Positions 13,984-26,703 of a DNA stretch of 64,000 nucleotides are shown one piece after another (within the stretch, counting starts at the first letter, position 1; the number at the start of each line of letters is the position of its first letter). Below the pieces are notes generated by a model. The model had not been told where the DNA came from. It saw only the letters and a program-made list of their open reading frames with translations, and did not search any database. The stretch covers positions 26,660,001 through 26,724,000 of the forward strand of contig OX597826.1 in NCBI GenBank assembly GCA_951406725.2, given 5' to 3'. The position numbers and the translations under genes are program-made. This stretch comes from Octopus vulgaris (Eukaryota).

Positions 13984-14850
13984 TTGTTGTTGTTGTTGTT
14001 GTTGTTGTTGTTCTTCTTCTTCTTCTTCTTCTTCTTCTTCTTCTTCTCCTCCTCCTCCTTCTCCTCCTTCTCCTCCTCCCCCTCCTCCTCGCTATCCTCC
14101 TCATCGTCATCGTCTTCTATCACTTCTTTCATTACCATCGATACCATTAGATACGCTCTACCACTACACTGATGTACGATCACATGAACTTGCAACGTCT
14201 CGACGAAATTGGCCTCGTTCCGAGTCAGGCAGACGAAACCACAGTCATCAGCATCAGTATCAATGCCGCCATATCCATCAAAACCACCACCACCACCACC
14301 AGCCCCAGCCCCAGCCCCAGCAGCACCAGCACCAGCACCAGCACCATCACCACCACCACCACCGCTACCGCTGCCGCCCCAACTGCCGCCGCTGCGACGA
14401 CGACGATGATGATCACGATGAAGATGATAACGATGATAATGATGATGATCATCATCATCTTATCAACCCTATCCTCGCTGTCATCGTCGTTGTTGTCATC
14501 ACTATCACCATCACCATTACATTAACCACCATCAAGTGCAACAACAACAACAACAACATAAACACTAACAGCAATAACACCAGCAACAGCAACAACAATG
14601 ATGATCATCATCGTTTTCATCATTATAGACCCTACGACAAGCACTGCCACCCCCAGCCTTATCATCCTCATCATCATCATCATCAAACCCCCATCACCAT
14701 CACCACCACCACCACCACCACCACCACCAAAACCGACTTCATCATCATCATCATTCTCTTCCTGATCTTCATTACCAACAACAACAGCAACAGCTGCAGT
14801 AACCACACAGACATACCATCATTGCCCCCGTCGTCGTCATCATCATCATT
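13984..14850. repeat. Long compound trinucleotide low-complexity tract (GTT, CTT, CCT, CAT, CAC, CAG, GAT, AAC)
   Basis: Directly visible. Confidence 0.9.
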
Positions 14851-15531
14851 ATTCTAGTTATTACTTTCCATGTCATTTCCATTCTAGTTTTGCTTTTTGT
14901 TGTTGTTGTTTGTTTTGTTTTACATGTTTTTTTTTTCTATTTTCTAACTTTATTCCTAGCAATCTTAATTTGAAATTGAGTTAAACCGCCATTGCTGAAC
15001 TTCTGACTGATTTAACCTCTTACAGAAATATTTCATATTGCAATTTTACTGTAAATTTGCTGGAAATAATAGAAAACAAAAATCTGGACGTCTATATGTA
15101 ATTTAGATTTGGAGTTAAGTCATAAATAAAAGACTACAAGACTCAGAGAAATTATCTGATAAACAAAGAATGAAGACTAAATGAAGAGGAGGGAGACGGA
15201 GAAGTGACACACAGACAGAGATACACTGTATACACAGATACATAAAAAGATATTGGCGAATCACATACGCACACGCGCATATATATGTTTATATGTATGT
15301 ATACGTATGTATACACATGCATGCATGTATGTATATATACATACATTAAACATTCATACACACGCATATGCACGAATATATATGTAAGCAAATATATCTA
15401 TGTACATATAGGTATGTGTGTATGTATGTGTATGTGTTTATATACACACGAATATGTGTGTATATAGCCATACAAATGTATATAGCAGACACATACACAC
15501 ATGTGTATGTACATATGCATACCTATATAAG

Positions 15532-15600
<69 letters not shown>

Positions 15601-15863
15601 GTGTGTGCGTGTGTGTGTGCGTGTGTGTGTGTGTACATGTGCATACTACTATACTTACGTACGTATAAATATATATATATATATACACACATATGTACGT
15701 ATATTGGTATATATATATATATGCTTATTTTGCATATATGTATATATATACATATATATGCATACATATATACATATATATATTTATAAACATATATGAT
15801 ATATATATGTATATATACATACATATATATATATACAGATACATACATACATACATACATACA

Positions 15864-15909
<46 letters not shown>

Positions 15910-16195
15910 AGAATTACATGTACATATAATAGAGGTTTCCCATAGTAGACATGGTAGACAGAGCGAGGAAACTCGTCAGGTTATGTTGGTTAACCTGTCG
16001 ATTTCCTTACCGACACAGACGTAATGCATTTCTTTCGTCACTTTGTATTAACTGTAAGCTAAAATAATGTTTCCATCGTTTATATTTCTCATGCTTATAT
16101 TTCTGCATCTGCTTATAAATTACAAATGTCTTTATCTATCGTTTGCTTGAATCCCTCCTCCCATTCCTTTCGAAGTTATTATGCAATTTAAGTCC

Positions 16196-16196
<1 letters not shown>

Positions 16197-16226
<30 letters not shown>

Positions 16227-16366
16227 TGTATGTATGTATGTATGTATGTATGTATGTATGTATGTATGTATGTATGTATGTATGTATGTATGTATGTATG
16301 TATATATCTATCTATCTATCTATCTGTCTGACTATCTATCTATCTATCTCTCTATCTATCTCTCTC

Positions 16367-16411
<45 letters not shown>

Positions 16412-16462
16412 ATATCTATCTATCTATACCTCTGTCTGTCTGTCTGTCTGTCTGCTGTCTGA

Positions 16463-16502
<40 letters not shown>
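16197..16502. repeat. (TATG)n then (ATCT)/(GTCT)n
   Basis: Directly visible. Confidence 0.95.
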
Positions 16503-16509
16503 TTATCAT

Positions 16510-16765
16510 CAAAATATGTCCTCAAAATATCCTCACAGACCCATTTCCCATCACTGGGGGTATTAAGCAATCATGCATCCTGGTACCAACCTGTTTCTCT
16601 TTGTAAATGGTCACCACGTTCAACGAAATCCCACTAGACTCGCCTTCTATATGTATGAGAATCGCTTGGATGGGGGATTCTTCAATCTCACACGTCTCCG
16701 GGCAAAGACGAGGACATCCGCCATCTCAGTCCTTGAGTTGCAGTATGTCGACGGCAATGCAAATC
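16510..16765 (+). pseudogene. RTE-clade (BovB-like) LINE reverse transcriptase relic
   Basis: [17 protein letters not shown] (cf. GVKQGCVLAPTLF), then a frameshift to RLDGGFFNLTRLRAKTR...LELQYVDGNA (cf. DGKLFNLRRL.AKTK...YADD). Confidence 0.8.
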
Positions 16766-16773
16766 CCTGTATA

Positions 16774-16836
<63 letters not shown>

Positions 16837-16841
<5 letters not shown>

Positions 16842-17121
16842 CAGGAGTGACTGTGTGTTAAGTAGCTTGCTTACCAACCACATTGACACACAAACATATA
16901 TATATATATATATTTGTTTGTGTGTCAATGTTTGTCCCCCCCTCCAACATCACTTGACAACCGATGCTGGTGTGTTTACGTTCTCATAACTTAGCGGTTC
17001 GGCAAGAGAGAGCGATAGAATAAGTACTAGGCTTACAAAGAAAAGTCCTGGGGTCGATTTGCTCGACTAAAGGCGGTGCTCCAGCATGGCCGCAGTCAAA
17101 AGACTGAAACAAATAAAAGAA
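16837..17121 (+). mobile_element. SINE family A with internally deleted head
   Basis: ggcgcaggagtgactgtgtgttaagtagcttgc... and an intact 3' half ending cagtcaaaagactgaaacaaataaaaga. Confidence 0.85.
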
Positions 17122-17140
17122 TATATATATATATATATAT

Positions 17141-17502
17141 AAGAAAATAGTAAAGTGTGAAAAAACGACAGAAGGCTTAAACGTTAAAAAATATATATAT
17201 TTGTGTCAAATTATCAGGAGATTTCTAAATAAGAAATCTCCTGATAATAAATACAACGATAACTCCATGCAATATAAACATAACGTCACAAGAAATTTGA
17301 AAAGCTACACGCGAAACCGGTAATTTCTTTAAAAATTTTTAAATTATGTCATTTTAAGGAAAAGAAAAAAATTTGTCGAATATTCTCCAGACATTTTGAC
17401 ACAAATATATATATTTTTTAACGTTTAAGCCTTCTGTCGTTTTTTCACACTTTACTATTTTCTTATATATTCACCCACGTGCTTTACCAAACAAAGTTTC
17501 TT
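17141..17502 (+). mobile_element. TA-flanked element with 70-bp inverted arms, degenerate hammerhead and unique tail
   Basis: Arms 17141-17210 and 17395-17464; hammerhead-like 17290-17329 aagaaat-TTGAAAA-gc tacac gc-GAAA-ccg-GTA-atttctt; relative at 33169. Confidence 0.75.
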
Positions 17503-17514
17503 ATCTATATATAC

Positions 17515-17533
17515 ATATATATATATTGAAATG

Positions 17534-17568
<35 letters not shown>

Positions 17569-17575
17569 AAATGTA

Positions 17576-17606
<31 letters not shown>

Positions 17607-17640
17607 TGAAATGTAAAAATATATATATATTGAAATATAT
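17515..17640. repeat. Minisatellite of (TA)n-ttgaaatgtaaa units, about 4 copies
   Basis: Directly visible. Confidence 0.85.
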
Positions 17641-18310
17641 GGCAAATGAAAGACGGAAAATGGCATATACGAATATACGAGAATTTATAATAAATCACGA
17701 CAATTGTTTTGACACATCTAGCATCGAATCCTCATGGGTGGGACACTCAACATCTGGTTCAGGGGTATCCGGTAGCGCAGATGTATCTCGTCAGGTGATA
17801 AATAAATACAACAGATTAAAATGACTGTTCCGCAATTGTAACTTTCCGGTTAGTAGAAAAAAAAAAACGGGCAAACGGAGGTGATGTATCTTCAATTATA
17901 TAAAAGATGAAAAATTAAATTAGAAATGGGAAAAAGAGAAACGAACACGCAAAATATATAAATACATATTTGTATAATTACTATGCAAATCCATCACAGC
18001 TTCTGCAGTTTCAAAAATTCGTGTTAATATGGCTTTGTTGCATATAAATCGTAAATTAACAATATGAATATCGGGTGGAGAGGTTCACGTTTGCAATTAT
18101 ACATCATCGATTGTCTATATGCATCTAGGTTAATTTGTACTTTTGATGTACGCAGCTATAACGATATTTACTTACACATGAAGCATACGATACTCAGGTG
18201 AAGACGTAGCAGAAGCTTCACGCTTATACGGATATGTGTGTGTGTGTGCATATTTATGTATGTGTATATATATATGTGTGTGTATATATACATATATGTA
18301 TGTATATGTG

Positions 18311-18381
<71 letters not shown>

Positions 18382-19057
18382 ATGTGTAAATATATATATA
18401 TATATATCACTCTTTCTCTCTCTCTCTCTCTCTCTGTCTCTTTATATATATATAAATGTATATATTTGTGTGTGCGTTTCTCCCTTCAACATCGCTTGAA
18501 AACTAAGCGGTTCGAAAAAAGAACCCGATTGAATAAGAACTAGGCTTACAAAGAATAAAATCCTGGGGTTGTTTCCTTCAACTAAAATGTTTTACGTGCG
18601 ATGTGCGTTGAGTATTGCTGGAATATTTTGAAATTCTGCAAACTGCCATGACTTCTAATACGATTCTTGTGACAATGTTCCATGATGTGTTCTTCCTTCT
18701 TAATTGATATTTTTTATTGATTTCATTGTTGCTGCTGCTGTGGCTTTCATGCCTACATCCGCAGATTGTTTCATCAATTTCAAGATTCTTCTTTTTGTCA
18801 GTTTTTCTCCATATGTATTCGGGACGTACGATGTGTCGTTGCTCATCAAACGAAAATGTCTGGCGGACTACGGAGACAATTTCCATAAATCAATACATTC
18901 TATTGTATGATACTGAAGATGGAACTACAAGTCTTTCTTGTTCGAATGCATGCCACAGGCCCCTCTGAATTTTTTTTCTATTTGTCCTGTCAATTTCATA
19001 TATCATGATGTATGTGTGTGCTTTCGCGCGTATGTGCGCTATGTATATATATAAATG

Positions 19058-19131
<74 letters not shown>

Positions 19132-19233
19132 GGGAAGAAAAGAGCGAGAGAGAGAGAAAGAAAGATATCGATACACCTTTGGAATAGTGGTTCTCAATAT
19201 GCATAAACCAAAAATTATTAGCATATGTTTATT

Positions 19234-19426
19234 GGTTTCAAGTTTTAGCACAAGAGCAAAAGTGTCGGGTAAAGAGGTAACTTGATTACATCGACACAAA
19301 TTTCAAATGGTACTTATTTTATCAACCCCGAACAGTTGAAAGGCAAAGTCAAACAGGGTGGAATTTGAACTCAGATCGTAAAGACAGACGAAATGCCACT
19401 AAGCATTTTGCCCGATGTGCTAACAT
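19234..19426 (-). mobile_element. SINE family B
   Basis: gaaaggcaaagtc...ggaatttgaactcaga..aaagacagacgaaatgccactaagcatttt. Confidence 0.75.
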
Positions 19427-20373
19427 TAATGAAAGACAATAACAAATGCCACTTACATTGATAATCCGAGGCTTTAAGAAAGCATATACATTTTATGTTT
19501 GATATATTTTCAACCAGATTTATTTTTAAATATTTTTTCTAGAAAAACTCTCGTTAGGTGGGAGAATTTTCAAAATATTTTAGTAGAATCCTAATTCTTT
19601 TAAATCATGATTATATGTGATCTTGTCTTCGTGAAAAACTCATTTATTCCCGTTTCATTTGTTATGTCTCACCGTGTTGGTATTAACGCCATAAACTCAC
19701 TGTCGCTTCTCTGAACAACAAAGAATATGAGGAGAGAAACTTATTGCTATTGTTATTGTCGTTGCTTTTGCTGATTTTCTTTTTGTATACGTTATGCTTT
19801 GTCGTTGCATCTTCAGCTTTTCTTGTAGATCTTGATCTGCACTTTGTTGTCATTTCCTTTGCTATTCTTCTAGTTGCTGCTAATCTTGTTGTTTAGTTGG
19901 TTGATTTGTTTGTTTTTCCATTATGTTGTGACACTTTGTTCTTCGAAACATCCTTCTGCGCCATTTTACAAAATCTAAATTTTCCACAAATATAATCGTT
20001 TGGACCCTTCAAAACTTGGTTCAAATTACGTATCCTAATTTTTGCATAATCATTTAAAATATTATACAAACTTTAGAATGCATAATTTTTAGGTAGTTTA
20101 TTACGTGAAAATTGATATTTTTACCAAAGAGTTAATGTTAGAATTTGTAATATACAATTATTATTTGAGCAACCAAAAGTATGTAAAATTTGGCGTATTT
20201 GTTTTTGTTTACAATTACCAGGCCTCTAAAGGAGATATCCTAATACATTATTCCTATCTCACAGCTTTTCGACTATATCGAGTACTCTTCTCTTTGGGGT
20301 TCGTTATATTCTACACTTGAAGAGAAGTAATTTGTTAAGATGCATTTGCGAAAGCCTGACCTTTGCTTCTGTT

Positions 20374-21180
20374 TTCCAAATTTATTGTAAAATACAAACT
20401 TGACCCAAATATTTTCAATTTCACCAACCCGAACTTCTTGTAATAAATGATTGAAGGTACCCTACGCCCATAAATAATTATCAAAGTGATTTATATGGAG
20501 AAAAAATGGTATCTTTCCCAACCCTTCTCTTTCTGATAGGATTTTTAAAGTTTTAGCTTCTTTGCAACTAGTTACGAAATGCAAATTTTCCTTAAAATTA
20601 TTCTGTTAAAACCTTCAAACCCTGGTGTACATATGTGTTGTATTTTGGAGGACAATATACAAGGATTTGCCGTAAATAAAAAAGGAAAATATGAAAATTA
20701 TGTATTCTCAGAGATGAAGAATGAATTAAAATAATATAGCGCATCCGGAATTGGCGTGAAACAATTGGGAGCATAAATGGATACGCCAAACTTTACATAC
20801 CTCAGATGTAAAACTTCTGTTTTTTAACACCGTGGTAAGAATATTAGTACTTGCATAGATCAAAATGTGAAATTTATATATTCTAAACTTTGAATTATAT
20901 TTTAAACGATTATGAAACGTGTAGAATACATAAATTAACCAGGTTTTGAAGGTTTTAACAGAATAATTTAAAGGAAAATTTACATTTCGTAACTAGTTGC
21001 AAAGAAGCTAAAACTTTAAAAATCTTATCAGAAAGAGAAGGTTGAGGAAAGATACCAGTTTTCGCATATAAATCACTTTGAGAATTATTTAGGGTGCCTT
21101 TCATCATTTTTTACAAGAGGTTCGGGTTGGTGAAATTAAAAATATTTAGGAAAAGTTTATATTTTCCAATATGTTTGGAA
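20374..21180. repeat. ~250-bp inverted repeat pair (20374-20626 / 20938-21180)
   Basis: For example tttaaagttttagcttctttgcaactagttacgaaatg versus catttcgtaactagttgcaaagaagctaaaactttaaa. Confidence 0.9.
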
Positions 21181-22751
21181 AAAATGCTATGAATTGTAAG
21201 CGTCAACGGGATCTGTGTGATCGTCAATAGCCGTATCGGTTTTTGAGAAAATGTAAACAATACAAATTCTATAAGGTAAACAATCGCTGAAATAATAGTT
21301 TCTAGTAAGTTTTCCTGAATATATTTGAAGAAATTTCACAATTTATAGCCTGCATTAAAATTTTACCAAAACTGTTGTGTTACAAATTACGAATCTTCAC
21401 ATAGGGGTGCATTTGGAAATCGTGTTGTAAAACGTGCGTAATACATTAAAGATGCATTTTAGCAGGTTTCATCGTGTAAAACATGAATATATTTATATAA
21501 AATTTACGTTATGTAACATGCTTGAAAATAACAAAACACAGAAACAAAAAAATATCAATTTTTGTGTTTGAAAATATTTGAAAAAAATTTTCTCCAAAGG
21601 GTGCAGTTGCTTGGAAATTATTGGTAGGAGCAGATTGAGGGGTGAGAGGTAAAGTTGAATATATTTATTTACTAAATTTTTCATTTTATAATCAGTTTGA
21701 GCAAGTTTAAAATTGAAAAACATTGCTAGAAGGGACTGATGCAAAATATTAATTGTCATAGGTTAAAAAATTTGGGAATTATATCTTGTAAATGTTGTAT
21801 AATCTTTCAAATTATTATTTAAGTTGCTTTAGGTTTCTCAAAAGAATATATTTGTAGAAATTTTTTAAACCTTCAAACCTGTTTGAAAAATAACTATTGA
21901 TTGAGAATTCTAACCGGATTGAGGTTGTGAGAATTATCCTTTTTTCATTCTAATAGTTTCAGAATGTTTTTAGTTATAATGTATATTAGCAAGTGTACGT
22001 GGTATGTGTGATGGTGAAATATATTCGGATATTGCTTATTATAGCTTACCTGAAAATAAATAAAAATTGAAATATAGGACTGAAAATGTGTGGTGTAAAA
22101 TGTTTATTTTTACAATTGAGAAATGATGAAAATTATGCATTCTAAAATATGCAAGATATCTCAAGATATAATTTACAGCGAGTTATGATTAATTGATGTT
22201 GTGATATTTTTAGAAAAATTGCATTTATAATCAGCATGAATATGGCGAACATTTGAGCTTTTTATAATATGACGTATTTCAGTAAATTTTGCTCGGAAAA
22301 TTTGGATACGTGATGAGTTAACATTAAATATTTGCAAGCATTTTCCCTGAAATAAATTATGCGTAATGATTATAAATATTTTCTTAAAATGGTTAAAAAT
22401 CAAAAATTTCTGCCAGAGATTTATGTGTAAAATGATAATATTCATATACGAGTAACATCTAAAAATGTGTATGCAAACTAAAACATCTTAAACTACACAT
22501 TTTAAGATGTTTCGCAAGAAAAACTGACGAAAGTTTATGGCGTATTATATATTTTATACCTGTTTTAAAATGGCAGAGAGTTTAGAATGAGCTTCTTTAC
22601 GGATAATCTTGAGTATATTTACCGAAATTTACTTTTTGTAACATGCTTCAAAATTTGAATTCAGAAAGCAATGACTGGTGAAATCCCCGATGTACTTTCC
22701 CCGGCGTGCTAACAATTTTGCTTGCTCCTCGACTTATATGCAGAGTATATA

Positions 22752-22968
22752 TTCTTTTCTACTATAGGCACAAGGCCCGAAATAATGGGGAAGGGGTCCA
22801 GTCGATTAGATCGACTCTAGTATGCAATTAGTACTTAATTTATTGAATCCGAAAGGATGAAAGGCAAAGTCGATTTCAGCGGAATTTGAACTCAGAACGC
22901 AAAGACAGACGAAATAACTCTAAGCATTTCGCCCGGCGTATTAACTTTTCTGCCAGCTTGCCGCCTTA
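22752..22968 (-). mobile_element. SINE family B, full monomer
   Basis: From ttcttttctactataggcacaaggcccgaaa to tgccagcttgccgcctta. Confidence 0.85.
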
Positions 22969-23361
22969 CGTAGTGTATATATTAAAAGTTGCTAAATACT
23001 TAGTGTGTTTTTATTGAATATATAACTCACTAACATCAAGGATATTTGTATATATGACCATAGTTAAACGTTGATATCAGATTCATTAGTTCTCGTCTAC
23101 CTTTCTATATTTTAGTCAAGAGAGAACAGAGGGCCCGAGGGCACTTACAGGATCAGCCTGTCCGAATTTGTTGCATTACCTCGATCTTGGAGTGATTCAA
23201 TTTTAATCTATTTCCGGAAGCATCAATGCAAATTAGACTCTTATGTGATTTGAACTCAAAGTAGAACAAGTTGCAACGGAAAATTTACAAAGAAACATTC
23301 TGTCCGACGCTCTAACGATTGTCTAATTTTCTACTACAAATTCCTTGATATATGTACACAG

Positions 23362-23572
23362 TAAGGCGGTGAATCAACGGAGTCATTAGCTCGCTGGATA
23401 CAATGCTTAGCGGCATTTTGTCCGTCATTAAATTTTGTGCTCAAGTTCTTTCGCGATCGTCTTTACATTCGGAGTCAATGTAAACTATGCCAGTTGTGTA
23501 CTGGAATCAATCTAATCAATAAGACCCTTTCCCTAGGATATTTCAGGTCCCGTGCGTATATTAGAAAAGAAA
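23362..23572 (+). mobile_element. SINE family B, old copy
   Basis: taaggcggtgaatcaacggagtcattagc...atgcttagcggcattttgtccg...tagaaaaga. Confidence 0.65.
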
Positions 23573-23909
23573 TATGTATATAATCACACTTTTGTTTCGA
23601 ACTAGTAATTTTGTATTTATGAGCTTAAAGGTGATATCATTTGTCAAACTGTTGACCACTGACATAAAAGTTATACTGAAATATAGTTAGTTTTGCGAGT
23701 AAAATTATATTTAATGATGCAAAATACATTTTATTATGAATATCGACTGTCATTCAAATTTTTGGAGTATTTTTTGTTTTTATTATCAACAATGAGAAAA
23801 ATGCTGCTCCGATTTCGGATGTATCTATTTAAATATCTTAGAGAATCAGGGCATAACAAATTACACTAACTGGTACACTTGCCAGTCATAAAGGAACTAA
23901 CCCCGAATA

Positions 23910-23939
<30 letters not shown>

Positions 23940-23940
<1 letters not shown>

Positions 23941-24384
23941 CTTTTGATAAAAGGCAGATTTTCTCTGCCTGTTTCCATGTTCCTTTTTAATACAATTCTA
24001 CAATATAGAATTTCTTCAATTGGAATTTACCTATGATTTTTCGAAGTAGATTCGATTGGGTCACGGCATGTAAAGTTTTTTCAATTTGACCCCCAATTAA
24101 GCAAAAATGTATGTTGGCTGCTCAAGAGTAGAAACCAAAAGAAACCTTTTTGTATATGCTCCACAAGAAAAACAAGGAACATTGTTTACAACGAGGTGTT
24201 ATAATCTCAACAGCCAGGGGGTATATACATGATCCCCTTTTTTATAAAACTTCATGTACTTTCATGTATTTATATTAATATACATATATTTGTGTATGTG
24301 TGTATCCATATATATATATATTTATAAACGAAAAGTCTAATTCTTCTATTGAATGTAACCGGGCAACGCCAGGTATCTCTGCTA

Positions 24385-24385
<1 letters not shown>
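23940..24385 (+). mobile_element. Non-autonomous Helitron with helicase C-terminal remnant
   Basis: Starts a|TC and ends CTAG|t; subterminal GC hairpin accgggcaacgccaggt; 24107-24204 encodes MYVGCSRVETKRNLFVYAPQ/KTRNIVYNEVL* (cf. the Helitron Pif1 end LYVACSRV...TKNIVY.EVL). Confidence 0.88.
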
Positions 24386-24449
<64 letters not shown>

Positions 24450-24561
24450 ATAAATACGTATTCTCATTCGGCTGTGTATTTTGGGAAGTGCTGATTAAAT
24501 ATCAGTTATGCGATGACGCTTGATCGCGTACGTATTTAATTTCTAGGACCTTCAAATTTAT

Positions 24562-24639
24562 ATTTGAAATGCACTGATGAGGTGAAATAGGTAAGTAAAT
24601 ATTACTTTACTTTAATCCCGAAACGCGTATGTTGCAAAT
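24562..24639 (+). ncRNA. Type-I hammerhead motif in TA-flanked element ~24447-24930
   Basis: atttgaaatgca-CTGATGA-gg...cc-GAAA-cgc-GTA-tgttgcaaat; palindromic ACGCGT stem III; interrupted stem I. Confidence 0.7.
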
Positions 24640-24944
24640 CTAAGTGATGTGGATTCCTTATTTTTTCTCTTTACCTACGTAAAAAAATTGTGTTTAGCGT
24701 CTGAGAGATATTTTATGGTAGTGAAAAGAGTATTTCAACTGCTGTTTCTTAATTCGGTACGTGGTGAAGCAATTAGCTGACCCCTGGTTATAATTACGCT
24801 TATATTTATAGAATATTTGCATAATGTTACCCTAAAGGGTTATTTCAACGTACCGAACTACTTAGTAAAATTATCAAACATTAATTAATTAAATGATTAA
24901 TTAATTAATTAATTTTAACCTTTTACTATTATATATATATATAT

Positions 24945-25134
24945 AAAGTTAATCCAAACAAGAAAACACAAAAAAAACACAGCAACGCGAGGACGTGGAA
25001 CAAATAAAGTATTATTGAACGCTCAGGAAAGAAGGGAAGGAGGGTTTAACGTTTCGAGCGGAGCTCTTCGTCGGAAACAAAGGAGAAGGAAAGATCCCGA
25101 GAAGGGAAGACAGAGGAAAAAATTGCTGGCGGTG

Positions 25135-25138
<4 letters not shown>
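24945..25138 (-). mobile_element. Short ribozyme-bearing element family C (hammerhead variant 25044-25078)
   Basis: Minus strand: gttt-CCGACGA-a-gagc tcc gctc-GAAA-c-GTT-aaac; copies at 25916 and 30718. Confidence 0.7.
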
Positions 25139-25228
<90 letters not shown>

Positions 25229-25242
25229 CATACATACATATA

Positions 25243-25447
25243 TCACCGTGATCACCGTGACCGACCAGGTCAACAGAAGAAAGAGTGAGAGAAAGTTGTG
25301 GCGAAAGGGTACTGCAGGGATCACCACCACCCCCTACCGGAGGCTCGTGGAACTTTAAGTGTTTTCGCTCAATAAACACTCTCAACGCCCGGTCTGGGAA
25401 TCGAAACCGCGAGTCCGCTGCCCTAACCACTGGGCTATTGCGCCTCC
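25243..25447 (-). mobile_element. tRNA-derived SINE family D, internally deleted
   Basis: Reverse complement of the 25612 head (ggaggcgcaat.gcccagtggttagggcagcggactcgcgg). Confidence 0.85.
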
Positions 25448-25460
25448 ACGTACATATATA

Positions 25461-25505
<45 letters not shown>

Positions 25506-25525
25506 ATATATATATATGTATATAT

Positions 25526-25611
<86 letters not shown>

Positions 25612-25612
<1 letters not shown>

Positions 25613-25902
25613 GAGGCGCAATGGCCCAGTAGTCAGGGCAGCGGACTCGCGGTCGCAGGATCGCGGTTTCGATTCCCAGACCGGGCGTTGTGTGTGTTTA
25701 TTGAGCGAAAACACCTAAAAGCTTCACGACGCTCCGGTAGGGGGTGTGAACTCTGCTGTACTCTTTTACCACTCTTTCTCCCACTCTTTCTTCTGTTGGC
25801 CTGCTCGCTTAGCCAGCGAGGTGGCGTCATTCGAAGGCTAAAACAATGCGAACGCATTGTGACCAGCGATGTGTAACAACATCTGATCACCTGATCACGT
25901 GA
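25612..25902 (+). mobile_element. tRNA-derived SINE family D
   Basis: A-box tggcccagtagtcagg and B-box ggtttcgattccc; tail gatcacctgatcacgtga. Confidence 0.85.
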
Positions 25903-25915
25903 TATATATATATAT

Positions 25916-26115
25916 ATAATCCAAACATGAAAACACAAAGAGAAAACACAACAACGCGAGGATGTGGAACAAATATAGTATTATTGGATGCTCAGGAAGG
26001 AAGGGAAGAAGGAGGGTTTAACGTTTCGAGCGGAGCTCTTCGTCAGAAACATAGGAAAAGGAAAGATCCAAAGAAAGGAAGACGGAGGAAAAAAATCGCC
26101 AACGGTACACACGGG
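25916..26115 (-). mobile_element. Family C element with hammerhead variant 26016-26050
   Basis: Minus strand: gttt-CTGACGA-a-gagc tcc gctc-GAAA-c-GTT-aaac; direct repeat of 24945-25138. Confidence 0.75.
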
Positions 26116-26618
26116 AAGATATATTGCGTGCGTTTCTGCGTTTCTTTACATTATGTGTTCAAAACTCGTCGACGTTACACTTTTAATAAAATAAAACACC
26201 GGCCTAGTACTTAGAGCGATGGTAATGACATAAACCCATCCACCAAAATTGGTGGACCGTGTGCATAAAGTAAACACCATCCTTGTCAGTACTTTCTTTA
26301 CACACACTGGAAGTCTTTAAGACTGAAGCAGAATTTGCAGACAATTTAGCAACTTTATTCATGCATAGATACTTAATATCTGTAATTTATATCCATGTTT
26401 TAGGACTTTTGAATATTATATTTTATGTTGAATATTATATTTTAGTTATTTAATGTCAATTTTTTATAAACGAAATTCACTGAATTTTAATGTTTTTATT
26501 TTATGCAAAATCTTTTATTGAATTTCGTGGGCTATATTTGTTTTCGAGATAATATTCTTAAAAAAATAAATTTCTAAAAAACATTTCAGAGGAAGAACAC
26601 ATACAAAACAAATATATC

Positions 26619-26703
<85 letters not shown>

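Noticed and set aside
17515-17640. Repeat-spacer pattern resembling a CRISPR array
   Set aside because: The spacers are just (TA)n of variable length, the context is eukaryotic, and there are no cas genes.
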